From assembly GCA_963823665.1 (NCBI GenBank), contig CAWGMQ010000008.1, positions 576,001-640,000 on the forward strand: DNA of 64,000 nucleotides, given 5' to 3'. The notes beneath the pieces were generated by a model. The model saw nothing but the letters and a program-made list of their open reading frames with translations. It ran no database searches and had not been told where the DNA came from. Below are positions 46,870 to 57,665 of the stretch, in pieces (the stretch's first letter is position 1; the number at the start of each line of letters is the position of its first letter). The position numbers and the translations under genes are program-made. Source of the stretch: an uncultured Planctomycetota bacterium (GTDB lineage: Bacteria; Planctomycetota; Planctomycetia; Isosphaerales; Isosphaeraceae).

Positions 46870-47243
46870 ATCCTCGGTTGGAAGACGTCCCTCGTCTGAT
46901 CAATCAGCTTCGATCTGCCGATTTCGACGTAAAGGCAGCGTTCTGGCTCTACACGAGCGAGTCCGGTCAGTGGTTTCTCTACATCATTTCAGATGTCGTC
47001 GACAAGGACGGAGGCATTGTCGCATACGGGCGCGTGTATGGAGTGATGCGGCAGTTCACAGATCTCCGGATCAATCCCTTCGAGGTGAAACTGATCGGGC
47101 TCGAGAATCCTCTCGCGAAGGCGGTCATCGACAATCTTGCCCACCAGCGTGCTCCCCTGCCGACGTGGATCGAAGGCATGAGGCTGGGGGATATCTATAT
47201 CGAAAGCGCCTATATTTATAGTGGCGCTAGCACCGCGGCCTGA
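46848..47243 (+). CDS. Conserved hypothetical protein, putative HEPN partner/antitoxin
   Basis: GGAG RBS; AAFWLY.SESGQW.LYI.S..V...G...Y and IESAYIY motifs; 131 aa. Confidence 0.7.
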   Translation: MGQTTLVNPRLEDVPRLINQLRSADFDVKAAFWLYTSESGQWFLYIISDVVDKDGGIVAYGRVYGVMRQFTDLRINPFEVKLIGLENPLAKAVIDNLAHQRAPLPTWIEGMRLGDIYIESAYIYSGASTAA

Positions 47244-47329
47244 TGTCAATGCGACATTGTGTCACTTCAATCCGCGGTCTCCAGTGGGTATTGACCGGGT
47301 CCCGGTCGGGGCCATGGACGGTGACGCAC

Positions 47330-47800
47330 TTTCGCTGAGCGAAAGGCGACTCTCGTTTCGTCGTTGGCCCCGGTCCTGCGGTCGCGGTGAATCGCCAGAC
47401 GATTGGGGAACTCGAGCGGCGTTCGGCGCGAATCTTACGCAATCGGACCCCGGTTTATTCGTGCGGAGCGGTGCGGCCCGCACAACTGGTCCCCGGCTGA
47501 TGAATGCTGCCGAGTTTTCACCGATTTTGCGCAAATAGAATGACCGGTTTGTAGATCATTTCAGAAAAGGCACTGAGTGCGCCGGCGGGTCGGCGCGAAC
47601 CGCTGAGATCGTTCAATGCCGACAAACCAGAAACTCGAGGACGACGCGATGTCTGGTTCAAAGCTTTACGCGCGCAATGGCGGGCTAAAGGCCTGCCTGG
47701 CGCAGGCGCAGCGCCCCGAATCCCTTCGCGGAGCGAACGGCGACAATGTTGGAGGCGCTGCTCGTGGTGCGCGGCGAATCCGTTCGCGGAGCGAGGGCGC
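47330..47800. repeat. Three degenerate ttcgcggagcgaa REP-like palindromes
   Basis: tttcgctgagcgaaaggcgac (about 47330), cttcgcggagcgaacggcgac (about 47724), gttcgcggagcgagggcg (about 47782). Confidence 0.55.
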
Positions 47801-48283
47801 GTTTCAGCACACAGTCGTTTATCCAAGTCTATTCGTTACGAGAACGGAGCATGATCCCAACTTCGTCAAGCGAGTTTCAAACACGCGCTGGACGTCGGCG
47901 CCCGACGCTTCTCAGATCGGTCAATTTACACTGGTGTACAAATGCTGAAAGGGGTCTGGAATATTGCCAGATATTGCCATTTTTCGAGATGCGCGGCGGT
48001 CATCCAACGCGGGGATTGACGAGCCGCAAGCCCAAGCAGCACTGGTACATTCGAGCTATTAGTCGGGTCTTCGGGCGATCGAAAACCACGCGTGGCAATG
48101 GTCACTCGAAATTGCCATCACTCGAGTCTGTTGATGTTCACTATGTTTAGCGGGAGTCACTTGCCGGGATTTTGGTGGCTCTTCTGGCCGCTTGTGGCGG
48201 CCCCGGGCGCTTATCCGCGGTGGGGGACAATCAATGAGTATCGCGCCGGGGTTGCCCGGGGCGTGGAAAGGTGGAGGTGGATC

Positions 48284-48700
48284 GTGGCAGACCAAGAACC
48301 GCAGTTCGACAAGAACGAGAAAAAATTGGATCTTGCCCGGGCGGTCGCTCGGGGTCAGTCGATCGTTGTCTGGGCGCGGAAGAACGACGTGCCCGTGCGG
48401 ACGGCGTACAACTGGGCGAGCGAGCCCGAGGTTCGCAAATCGTCCGAGATGTGGCGGCGGGCCGCCCTCAATCAGGCGATTGGGCGGATGGCAAGGAGTG
48501 CCACCGCGGCGGCGGGTGGGATTGAACGGCTGGCGAGAGGGGCCGATTCCGAGTCGGTGCGGCTTTCGGCCTGGCGGGCCATTCTGGCCGACCAGATGTC
48601 GGTCGCCAAGTTCTCGACGCTCGAACAGCGAATGACGGAACTGGAGGAGCAGCAGGAGAAGCGGCAGCAACAGTTCGGGCCTCAATTTGGAGGAAAGTAA
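48284..48700 (+). CDS. HTH protein resembling small-terminase-type HTH proteins
   Basis: GTG with GGAGG RBS; ARGQSIVVWARKNDVPVRTAYNW helix-turn-helix, SESVRLSA, C-terminal coiled coil. Confidence 0.6.
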   Translation: MADQEPQFDKNEKKLDLARAVARGQSIVVWARKNDVPVRTAYNWASEPEVRKSSEMWRRAALNQAIGRMARSATAAAGGIERLARGADSESVRLSAWRAILADQMSVAKFSTLEQRMTELEEQQEKRQQQFGPQFGGK

Positions 48701-48968
48701 TCGGTGTCACATCGCGGTGCGCCGGGCCAGGTCTTGCCCGTTCCGGGTGTCGCTCTTGAGTCGTGCGCTCAGGGCGGCGCTCGGGGCGGATGGAGATTTT
48801 TTTCGCAGGAGTGAGACAGGCATGGCCGGAACGGCGCTTGGGTTTTTAGTTGCGTCGAGACGCGGCGTTTTAACAAACACGCTCTGCGGGCAGCCCGCCG
48901 CACTCGCGGGTGCCCCGGCGGAGCCCCCAAGTCGAACAACATGCGCACTCCCAGAACGAAGGTGGCCC

Positions 48969-50487
48969 ATGCGACCGGAATTCAAGCAGGTTAAGGCCGT
49001 TTTTCTTGCGGCGGTCGAGAAATCCGATCTTGACGAGCGGGAATCCTATCTCCGAGAAGCGTGTGGGGGCGACGACGCAATGCGCCGTCAAGTCGAGAAC
49101 TTATTGCGCCGGCACGAAGATGCCGGCAGTTTCCTCGAGCGACCTCCACTGGACGAAGATCTTGCGCTTGCCGACGGGGGGCCGGCCGGAAGCCGGACGG
49201 AATACATCGGTACGAAGATCGGACCGTACAAGCTGATTCAGCAACTCGGTGAAGGCGGGATGGGCACGGTCTGGGTGGCGGAGCAGACAGAGCCGGTCAA
49301 ACGCCGGGTCGCGCTCAAGGTCATCAAACCCGGGCACGACTCGGCCCAGGTGGCGCGGCGATTCGAGGCCGAGCGACAGGCGATGGCGCTCATGGACCAC
49401 AGCCATATCGCCAAGGTGCTTGATGCCGGAGCCACCCCGGCGGGGCGCCCCTATTTCGTGATGGAGCTGGTCAAAGGCGTGCCGATCACGCGGTACTGCG
49501 ACGAGTTGAACCTGCCGGTTCGCGAGCGGCTGGAACTGTTCGTTCCGGTGTGCCAGGCGATTCAACATGCGCATGGGCAGGGGATTGTCCATCGGGACAT
49601 CAAACCCTCGAACGTGCTGGTGTGCATGGAAGACGGTAAAGCCATTCCCAAGATCATCGACTTCGGCGTCGCGAAGGCGCTTCAAACGCGGCTGACGAGC
49701 GAGTCGTTGCACACCGAGATTGGACAGTTGATCGGCACGCTCGAATACATGGCGCCAGAGCAGGCGGAGCTCGAGTGCGCTCGACATCGACGCGCGTGCC
49801 GACGTTTATGCTCTGGGGGTGTTGCTCTACGAGCTTTTGACCGGAACGACGCCGCTGGAGAAGAGCCGGCTGCGGAGCGCGGCGTTTGCGGAGTTGATTC
49901 GCATGATAAAGGAAGAAGAGCCGCCCAGGCCGAGCACGCGGTTGACGCAGTCGCACAATTCTCTGGCGGGCGTGGCGGTGCAGCGGCGGAGCGAGCCGGC
50001 GCGGCTGGCCAGGGACGTGCGCGGCGAGCTGGACTGGATCGTGATGCGGTGCCTGGAGAAGGACCGCACGCGGCGCTATTCGAGCGCCAGCGGGCTGGCT
50101 AAAGACATCGAGCGGCACCTGCGCGACGAGGCCGTCGAGGCATGCCCGCCGAGGGCTTCGTACAGGATGGGCAAATTTTTGCGGCGGAATCGGCACACGG
50201 TTGTTGTGGCAGGCGCGACCCTAGGCATTGTGCTAGCCGTCCTGATGAGCGTCACGTGGGCGTGGATCCAGGCCGCGCGCGAGCGAACGAAGGCGCAGTT
50301 GGCCGAGGTTGCCGCACGAATGGCGCAAGCCGAGCAGATGCGGGCCGAAGCGGCTGCGAAGGCGACCAGCAGATTTTTGCAGGAAGGGATGATTACCGGC
50401 GCCGAAGCGGACGAACAGGTGGGACCGACGAAAAAAATGCCCCGAGACGGAGCCAGGACCAAGCCGGAACGCACGAATAAGCCGTGA
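48969..50487 (+). CDS. Ser/Thr protein kinase with short C-terminus (frameshift near 49770)
   Basis: GEGGMGTVW, VALKVIKPG, HRDIKPSN, DFG, GTLEYMAPE, GELDWIVMRCLEKDR.RRY, TM helix. Confidence 0.9.
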
Positions 50488-50562
50488 GAACCCTCTGAAA
50501 CATGTGCGCCTCAAAACTGGTATTCTATTGGTAGGACCAGTCGTGACGAACGGAGGGTGCGC

Positions 50563-52176
50563 ATGAAGGTGGGTATCCGTGATCTTTTCTTCGTGAGCGC
50601 GATTGGCGTGGGCGCGGCGGCAACGGGCGCGGGCTTGATGCGAGCGCAGGAGTCGTATCCGCCACAAAAGGCTCAGACGAAGGAAGTTAAGTCTGATACC
50701 GGGTCGACCATCACGGCACTCGACGACACGTTTCACAAGCAATGGGCCGCCGCAAAGATGACGCCGGCGGCGCCCGCGGACGACCTGACGCTGATGCGGC
50801 GTCTTTCGCTGGCATTGTCTGGAACGGTGCCCTCGCTCGAGGAAATCCGGCGGTTCGAGGCGCGGCCGAAGGAAACCCGGGTGCGGGAATGGCTCGATGC
50901 CTTGCTCGCCGACCGGCGATTCTCGGATTACCTGGCCGAGCGATTCGCCAGGGTTTACGTCGGCACGGAGGATGGCCCGTTCATTCTGTATCGACGGCGG
51001 CGGTTCATCGCGTGGCTCTCCGACGTACTGCTCGAGAATCGGCGTTATGACGGGATCGTGAAGGAGATGATCGCTGAGCGAGGCTTGTGGACGGACCACC
51101 CGGCGACGAACTTTGTTTCCGTGACGTTTGACCCCGAGCTGGGCAAGCCGACACCCGAGCGGCTGGCGGCACGGGTGGCGCGCGCGTTCCTGGGCATGCG
51201 GATCGACTGCGCCCAGTGCCACGACCATCCTTTCCAGAAGTGGAAGCAGGACGATTTTCGCGGGCTTGCTTCGTTCTTCGGCGGGGTGAACTCGAACCTG
51301 CGGGGCATCCGCGACGGCGAGAAGAACGAATACCGGCCGCCGGACCGCAAGACAAGAGAGCCGGTGGACGTCGCGCCATGCGTGCCGTTTCGTCCGGAGC
51401 TGAAGCCGGATTCGGGCAGCCCGCGCGAGCAGCTCGCGGCCTGGGTGACCGACCGGCGAAACTCCAGTTTTTCGCAAGCGACGGTGAATCGCATTTGGGC
51501 GCTGCTGCTGGGCCGGCCGCTTGCGGAGCCGGTCGATGACCTGCCGTCAGCGGGACAGCTTCACCCGGCGCTCGATCTGCTCGCGGCCGATTTCGCGGCG
51601 CACGATTACAACCTGCACCGGCTGATCCGCACGATCGTGGCAAGCGAGGCCTTCCGGCTCGGCAGCGCGACCGATGCCGCGAACCCGGACGCTCTGGACG
51701 CGGCGTGGGCTGTTTTTCCGATGACCCGGCTGCGACCGGAGCAGATTGCGGGGGCACTTTTCCAGGCTGCATCCGTCACCACGCTGGGGCCGCAGTCGCA
51801 CTGGTTCATCCGGCTATCGACTTACACGGGGCGGAACGATTTCGTCAAGCGCTACGGCGATAGCGGCGAAGACGAGTTCGACGCCAGCAGCGGCACGATT
51901 CCGCAGCGTTTGTTGCTCATGAACGGCAAGATTGCCAAAGAGAAAACCGCCGGCGGCTTGTTAACCGCCGCAGGGCAGATCGCGGGGCTGGCGCCTGACG
52001 ACCAAACTGCGGTTGAAACCGCGTTCCTCGCCGTGCTCACCCGACGGCCGACGCCGGAGGAGCTGACGCATTTCACCGCGCGGCTGGACAAAGCCAAAGG
52101 CGACACGCGAAAAGAGCGTTTGACCGACCTGTTCTGGGCGCTCATCAACACGACCGAATTCTCCTGGAGCCATTGA
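50563..52176 (+). CDS. DUF1549/DUF1553 (planctomycete PSD1/PSD-like) protein with CxxCH
   Basis: RRLSLALSGTVPS, FLGMRIDCAQCHDHPF, VNRIWALLLGR, QRLLLMNG, LTRRPT, DLFWALINTTEF. Confidence 0.92.
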   Translation: MKVGIRDLFFVSAIGVGAAATGAGLMRAQESYPPQKAQTKEVKSDTGSTITALDDTFHKQWAAAKMTPAAPADDLTLMRRLSLALSGTVPSLEEIRRFEARPKETRVREWLDALLADRRFSDYLAERFARVYVGTEDGPFILYRRRRFIAWLSDVLLENRRYDGIVKEMIAERGLWTDHPATNFVSVTFDPELGKPTPERLAARVARAFLGMRIDCAQCHDHPFQKWKQDDFRGLASFFGGVNSNLRGIRDGEKNEYRPPDRKTREPVDVAPCVPFRPELKPDSGSPREQLAAWVTDRRNSSFSQATVNRIWALLLGRPLAEPVDDLPSAGQLHPALDLLAADFAAHDYNLHRLIRTIVASEAFRLGSATDAANPDALDAAWAVFPMTRLRPEQIAGALFQAASVTTLGPQSHWFIRLSTYTGRNDFVKRYGDSGEDEFDASSGTIPQRLLLMNGKIAKEKTAGGLLTAAGQIAGLAPDDQTAVETAFLAVLTRRPTPEELTHFTARLDKAKGDTRKERLTDLFWALINTTEFSWSH

Positions 52177-52178
52177 GG

Positions 52179-53456
52179 ATGTCTCTTTTTTCTTCTTCAA
52201 GCCGTGCGCTGCCGTTCGAGCTTGACCGGCGCGGTTTCCTCAAGCTGGCCGGGATTTCGTGGATGACTCCCCTGGGGGAGATTCTTGCTCAGCAGGCGGA
52301 AAAAACTCGAGGGCCGGCCCAGTCGGTCATCCTGCTGTGGCTGGGCGGCGGGCCGAGCCAGCTCGAAACGTTTGACCCGCACCCAGGCACGAAGATTGCC
52401 GGCGGGACAAAGGCGATCGACACGGCCGTGAAGGGCATTCAGCTCGCCGAGGGGTTCGACCAGCTCGCGGCAGAGATGGGCTCGATTGCACTGGTGCGGT
52501 CCATGGTGAGCAAGGAGGGCGACCACGAGCGCGGCACGTACATGATGAAGCGCGGGTACCGGCCGGACCCGACGGTTGAGCACCCGTCGATCGGGGCGAT
52601 CTGTGCGCATGAGCTACCCGTGGGGCGTACCGAGATCCCGCGCCATATTTCGATCCTGACCGGCCAGTGGCCGAGCCGCGGGGGCTTTTTGGGGGCGGAG
52701 TTCGACCCGTTCCAGGCCGATGATCCCAACGGGCCGTTGCCCGATGTGAGCGCCGGCGTGGCGGACGCCCGTGATCGAGCGCGGGTTGCCGACCTCGAGA
52801 TCCTCGAGCAGACGTTTGCCCGCGGCCGGAAGACGCGCGTCGCCGCCTCGATGCACCGCGAGACGCTGGCGCGTGCCCGCGTGATGATGACCTCGGAGCA
52901 GCTCAAAGCGTTCGACGTTTCCCAGGAGCCCGAGAGCCTTCGCAAGGAATATGGCGATTCGCCTTTTGGGCGCGGCTGCCTGGCCGCCCGGCGGCTGATC
53001 GAAATCGGCGTGCGCTGTGTGGAGGTGAATCTCGACGGATGGGACGGCCACGTCGCCAATTTCGAGCTGCATCGTTCCAGGATCAAGATGCTCGACCCGG
53101 CGTTTGCGGCGCTTGTGCGGGACCTGAGGCAAAGGAAGATGCTCGAGCGGACGATCGTGCTTTGCTGCGGCGAATTTGGCCGCACGCCCAAGATGAATCT
53201 GACCGGCGGGCGGGACCACTGGCCTACTGGATTCAGCCTGGCGCTGGCGGGCGGCAAGATCCCGGGCGGCAAGGTGCTGGGCGGGACTGACCCTGAAGGC
53301 GTCAAGGATTGCGACAAGCCGACCCAGGTGGAAGACGTTCACGCCACGGTGCTGGCGGCCCTGGGGTTGAATCCGGCCAAGGAGAATATTGCGCCGGCCA
53401 CGGGGCGGCCTGTCAAACTGAGCGCGGGGAAGCCTATTCGGGAGTTGGTGGGGTGA
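52179..53456 (+). CDS. DUF1501 domain protein (Tat signal)
   Basis: DRRGFL, WLGGGPSQLETFDP, CLAARRLIE.GV, GWDGH, GEFGRTP, GRDHW. Confidence 0.95.
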   Translation: MSLFSSSSRALPFELDRRGFLKLAGISWMTPLGEILAQQAEKTRGPAQSVILLWLGGGPSQLETFDPHPGTKIAGGTKAIDTAVKGIQLAEGFDQLAAEMGSIALVRSMVSKEGDHERGTYMMKRGYRPDPTVEHPSIGAICAHELPVGRTEIPRHISILTGQWPSRGGFLGAEFDPFQADDPNGPLPDVSAGVADARDRARVADLEILEQTFARGRKTRVAASMHRETLARARVMMTSEQLKAFDVSQEPESLRKEYGDSPFGRGCLAARRLIEIGVRCVEVNLDGWDGHVANFELHRSRIKMLDPAFAALVRDLRQRKMLERTIVLCCGEFGRTPKMNLTGGRDHWPTGFSLALAGGKIPGGKVLGGTDPEGVKDCDKPTQVEDVHATVLAALGLNPAKENIAPATGRPVKLSAGKPIRELVG

Positions 53457-53612
53457 TTTGGCGCATTATTCGCCACGCGCGAAGCAACTGGGCGGTGTTC
53501 GCGGCATCGACGCAGGCGCGGATACTCGGGGCTCGGCATTCACCGTGGTCTGACCCTCGATCGCCCACGCCTTCGACTTGATTCGGGTGGCGCGGTCGCA
53601 GAAAATGGGAAT

Positions 53613-53867
53613 ATGCAAGTCCAAGGGCGAGTTTGTAATGGTGTCGTCGTTCCGGAACGAGAACTTCCGCTGCCGGAAGGGACGTTAGTGATTGTTATCT
53701 ATCCCGCCTCGCCTGGGACAAAGCCGTCCGATTCCGGCCGACGAGTTCGATTACCGTTGGTTCGATCTGACCATCCCGGAAGTCGTCAGCTCGATGCTGA
53801 TCGTGTCGCGGAGCTCCAGGACGACGACGCACCCTGGCTACGTGCTCCGGCCCCCTCCGGGGGCTGA
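53613..53867 (+). CDS. DUF104/AF2212-like small antitoxin-type protein, 3' end overrun by a REP
   Basis: MQVQGRVCNGVVVP....LPEGT.V.V beta-hairpin motif; RVRLPLV.S..PG; REP copy starts at 53826. Confidence 0.65.
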   Translation: MQVQGRVCNGVVVPERELPLPEGTLVIVIYPASPGTKPSDSGRRVRLPLVRSDHPGSRQLDADRVAELQDDDAPWLRAPAPSGG

Positions 53868-53895
53868 AAACGTACGGTCGCTGGGTTGCCGAATC
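53826..53895. repeat. REP-like element, second copy of 43260-43329
   Basis: 64/70 identity; hairpin gccccctccgggggc. Confidence 0.85.
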
Positions 53896-54441
53896 TATCG
53901 TTCTCGTCACGCCTCGACACGACATCGACACGCCATCGACACGGGGTAAAGTTGGAGGCGGTTTGGGTTTAAGACAAAAACCGGCCGAAATTCGGAAAAT
54001 TCGAATATTGGCTCGACACGCGTAAGATGTTGTGCCGCATGGGGATCACGAGGATCGGCGCGTTTTGCCGTTGAGCGTTCTTTTGCGCGCGGCTGGCGCA
54101 TATGGCCGCGGTCGTGTTGCGAGACGTGAGGCGGGCCGATCGCGAGCGACTCGAACGTCGAAACGCCGGTTATTCGGGGAGACCGTCTTGGTGGCCTGGA
54201 CTGGTTGGCGGCTCGTTCCGCCGCCAGTAAGTCTTCCAGCCCTTGTTGCGGACGATCGCATTCGCTGGAATCTGCCAGAGGTCGAGACCGACTCCGAGAA
54301 GGTCGCCGCATGACAGTAGTGCGTTGAGGCGCATAAGGAAGTCGACGCACAAACAGCACCACCCAATCCCCGTGCGTCCAAGACGACCATATAATGAGAT
54401 GCCTTCCGCGGCAATCATCGAGCGAAGAGGAAGATCAATCC

Positions 54442-57400
54442 ATGCCGGCTGGTTCGACAACCGAAGGAAGCACCGACACCGACTCGAATTCCGGCGCAGC
54501 GGTTGCTGTGGCACTCATTGCAGCCGGCGTGCCAGAGTCTGATGGTGATCAGCCTGTTGGTCGAGCGGGCCTCGATCGACGGACTGTGGAAATCGGCCGG
54601 GAGCTCTTCGAGCGCATGGGACGCGGGCCGCGACCGTGGCATCGCGCGTGGTGGGAGAACCTGTTCATCGCCGCGACGCTCGACGACACACTCGTCCGGG
54701 TGCAGCTCTTTCGGTTCATTGACGCGCTGCCGGCGTTGCACACGGACGGCGCGGTCCGCCGACACCTTGCCGAGTATCTGGCGGAGGCAGGCGACCGCGT
54801 TCCCTGGTGGCTGAGAACAGCGATTGGACTCGCCCCGCCCGGAACGGCCCGGGAAGGGTGGCTTGCGGCTGTGGCGCGTCGCTCGGCGGGGGTCATGGCC
54901 CGAAAATTCATCGCGGGCGCCACTCCGGCGGAAGCCATTCAGACGGTTGTCGGTCTGCGTGGTCGCAAGCTGGCGTTCACGGCCGACCTGCTGGGTGAGG
55001 CGGTGATCAGCGAGCGCGAAGCGGACGTGTACCAGGAGACTTGCCTGACGCTCGTTCGCGACCTGGACGTGCCGATCCGTTCGGCGGAAGAGATCCCGCT
55101 CATTGATCGGGATGGCCACGGCCCGATTCCGCGGGTGAATCTCTCGCTCAAACTCTCGAGCCTGACGGCGCACTTCGAGCCGATCCAAGCGGCCAGATCG
55201 ATCGAGCATGTCTCGGCCCGGCTGCGGCCGATTCTCCGGCTTGCCCGTGAGAAGGGTGCTCAGATCCACGTCGATATGGAGCAGTACGCTTATCGCGCAC
55301 TCAGCTACGAGCTGTTTTGCCGGGTGCTCGAGGAACCGGAATTCCGCGACTGGAGCGATGTGGGAATCGTGGTGCAGGCCTATCACGGCGAGGCCGAGTC
55401 TGAGCTGCGGATGTTGCGCGACTGGGTGAATCGGCGCGGGTCGCCGATCACGATCCGCCTGGTCAAGGGAGCGTACTGGGATTATGAAGTCGCCACTGCC
55501 CGCCGGCTGGGCTGGCCCGAGCCGGTTTATCTGCAGAAGTGGCAGAGCGATGCTTGCTTTGAGCGCTGCGCTTCTTTCCTGGTCGAGAACCACGACTCGC
55601 TGCGGCCGGCTTTCGGCAGTCACAATGTGCGCAGCCTCGCGCATGCGATCGCCGCGGCCGAATCGAAAGGCTTGTCCAAAAGCGCTTACGAGCTGCAAAC
55701 ACTCTATGGCATGGGCGACGCGATTCAGAAAGCGCTGGTGGAGCGTGGGCATCGCGTGCGGGTTTACACGCCGTATGGGGCCATCCTTCCAGGGATGGCC
55801 TACCTGGTGCGCCGGTTGCTCGAGAACACATCGAACGAATCGTTTCTGAAGGCGAGTCTCAGCGACAAGACACCTGTCGAGGAACTGCTCCGTGACCCCG
55901 AGGAGGTCGGTAAGATGCTCTCGCTGAAACGACGGCCCAAGAGCGGGGGCTCGGCCGCTCTCCCAGGGTCAGCACTTCCGCCGTTCCGGAACGAGCCGCC
56001 GGTCGATTTTGCCCGTGCGGAGAACCGCGAGGCGATGCGGCAGGCGATTGAAACGGTGCGATTGCAGCTCGGGCGATCGTATCCTCTCTTGATCGATGGC
56101 CGGGAGATCCACACGGAGACCCGGCGGTTGCCCTCGGTCGACCCGAGCCACAGCTCGCGGATTGTGGGCCAGGTCGCGCTGGCTGAAGTCAAGCATGCCG
56201 ACGCAGCAGTCGCCGCGGCCCGTAAGGCGTTTCCCGGCTGGTCGACGACTCCGCCGGCGAAGCGTGCCGCCGTGTTGATCGAGGCGGCGAAGCTGATGCG
56301 GGAACGCCGAAGAGAGCTGGCGGCGTGGGAGATCTTCGAGTGCGGCAAACCGTGGGCCGAGGCGGACGGCGACATCGCCGAGGCGATCGACTTCTGCGAA
56401 TTCTACGCACGCGAGATGTGCCGTCTGGCCGAGCCGGTGCGCTGCGACGCATCGGGAGAGATGAATTACACCGAGCCCATCGGCGCGGGGTGGCGGTGGT
56501 GATCCCGCCCTGGAATTTCCCGCTGGCGATTCCGACCGGCATGACGGTTGCCGCGCTCGTCACCGGCAACACCGTGATTCTCAAGCCGGCGGAGCAATCG
56601 CCGGTGATCGCGTGGCGGCTAGCCGAGATTCTGGTCGAAGCTGGACTTCCCCCCGGCGTGCTCAATTATGTGCCGGGCCTGGGAGAAGAGGCGGGCCAGG
56701 CGCTGGTGAATCATCCCGATGTCGACTTGATTGCGTTCACGGGCTCGCGGGAGGTGGGTCTGCTCATCAATCGTCAGGCGACGGTGGTTGCGCCGGGGCA
56801 GGATCACGTCAAGCGAGTGATCGCCGAGATGGGAGGCAAGAACGCGATCCTGGTTGACGATGACGCCGATCTGGACGAGGCCGTGGTGGGGGTGATCACG
56901 AGCGCATTCGGTTACGCGGGGCAGAAGTGTTCGGCGTGCTCGCGAGTGATCGTGCTCGCCGAGAATTACGATGCGTTTCTCTCTCGGTTGATCGAGGCAG
57001 CGCGGGCGGTCAAAATTGGGCCGGCCGACGATCCGGAGACGGTCATCGGACCGCTCGTCGACGCTGCGGTGCGCAGCCGCGTTCTCGAATATCAGAAGAT
57101 CGCCGCCGCTGAGGGCCGCGTGGTCTTTCAGGGGGACCCGGGCGAGCTCGCGAGCCGGGGCTATTTCGCGGGCCATACGATTGTCGCGGACGTGGGGCCG
57201 TGTGCGCGTGTTGCGCAGGAGGAGATCTTCGGCCCGGTTCTGGCCGTGCTGAAGGCGAATGATTTGAGTGACGCGCTGCGGATTGCGGATGCTACACCGT
57301 ATGCACTGACGGGCGGGCTTTACTCACGCAGCCCGGCGAATATCGAGAAGGTGAAGCGCGAATTTCGCGTCGGCAACCTCTATATCAACCGAGGCATTAC

Positions 57401-57569
57401 GGGAGCGCTCGTCGCGCGGCAGCCGTTCGGCGGGTTCAAGCTCTCGGGCATCGGCACCAAGGCCGGTGGACACGATTATCTTCATGAGTTTATGCTCACG
57501 CGATGTGTCACGGAGAACACGATGCGGCGGGGGTTTGCGCCGGAGGAAGTGGAGGGTGATGCGCGTTGA
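54442..57569 (+). CDS. putA: Bifunctional proline dehydrogenase / P5C dehydrogenase (frameshift near 56485)
   Basis: LFRFIDALP, DLLGE, VDMEQ, RLVKGAYWD, YLVRRLLENTSN; ALDH motifs PWNFP, FTGS, EMGGKN, GQKCSA, EEIFGP, PFGGFKLSG. Confidence 0.96.
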
Positions 57570-57665
57570 TTCCGTCCTCGCTTCGATTTGCATCGAACCG
57601 ATCAACCGGACACAATAGTATTACCGAGTCACTTTCCGAACGGTTCGATGCCCCAGGACAACGGT

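Noticed and set aside
53905..54320. Attachment site or transposase remnant (tcgacacg x3, short minus-strand peptide)
   Set aside because: No integrase, tRNA or terminal repeats nearby, and the peptide is not recognisable; cannot be supported.
54442..57569. Split putA or programmed frameshift
   Set aside because: The break falls within the conserved ALDH EP.GV..VIPPWNFP segment, with no slippery site; consistent with the window-wide indel errors.
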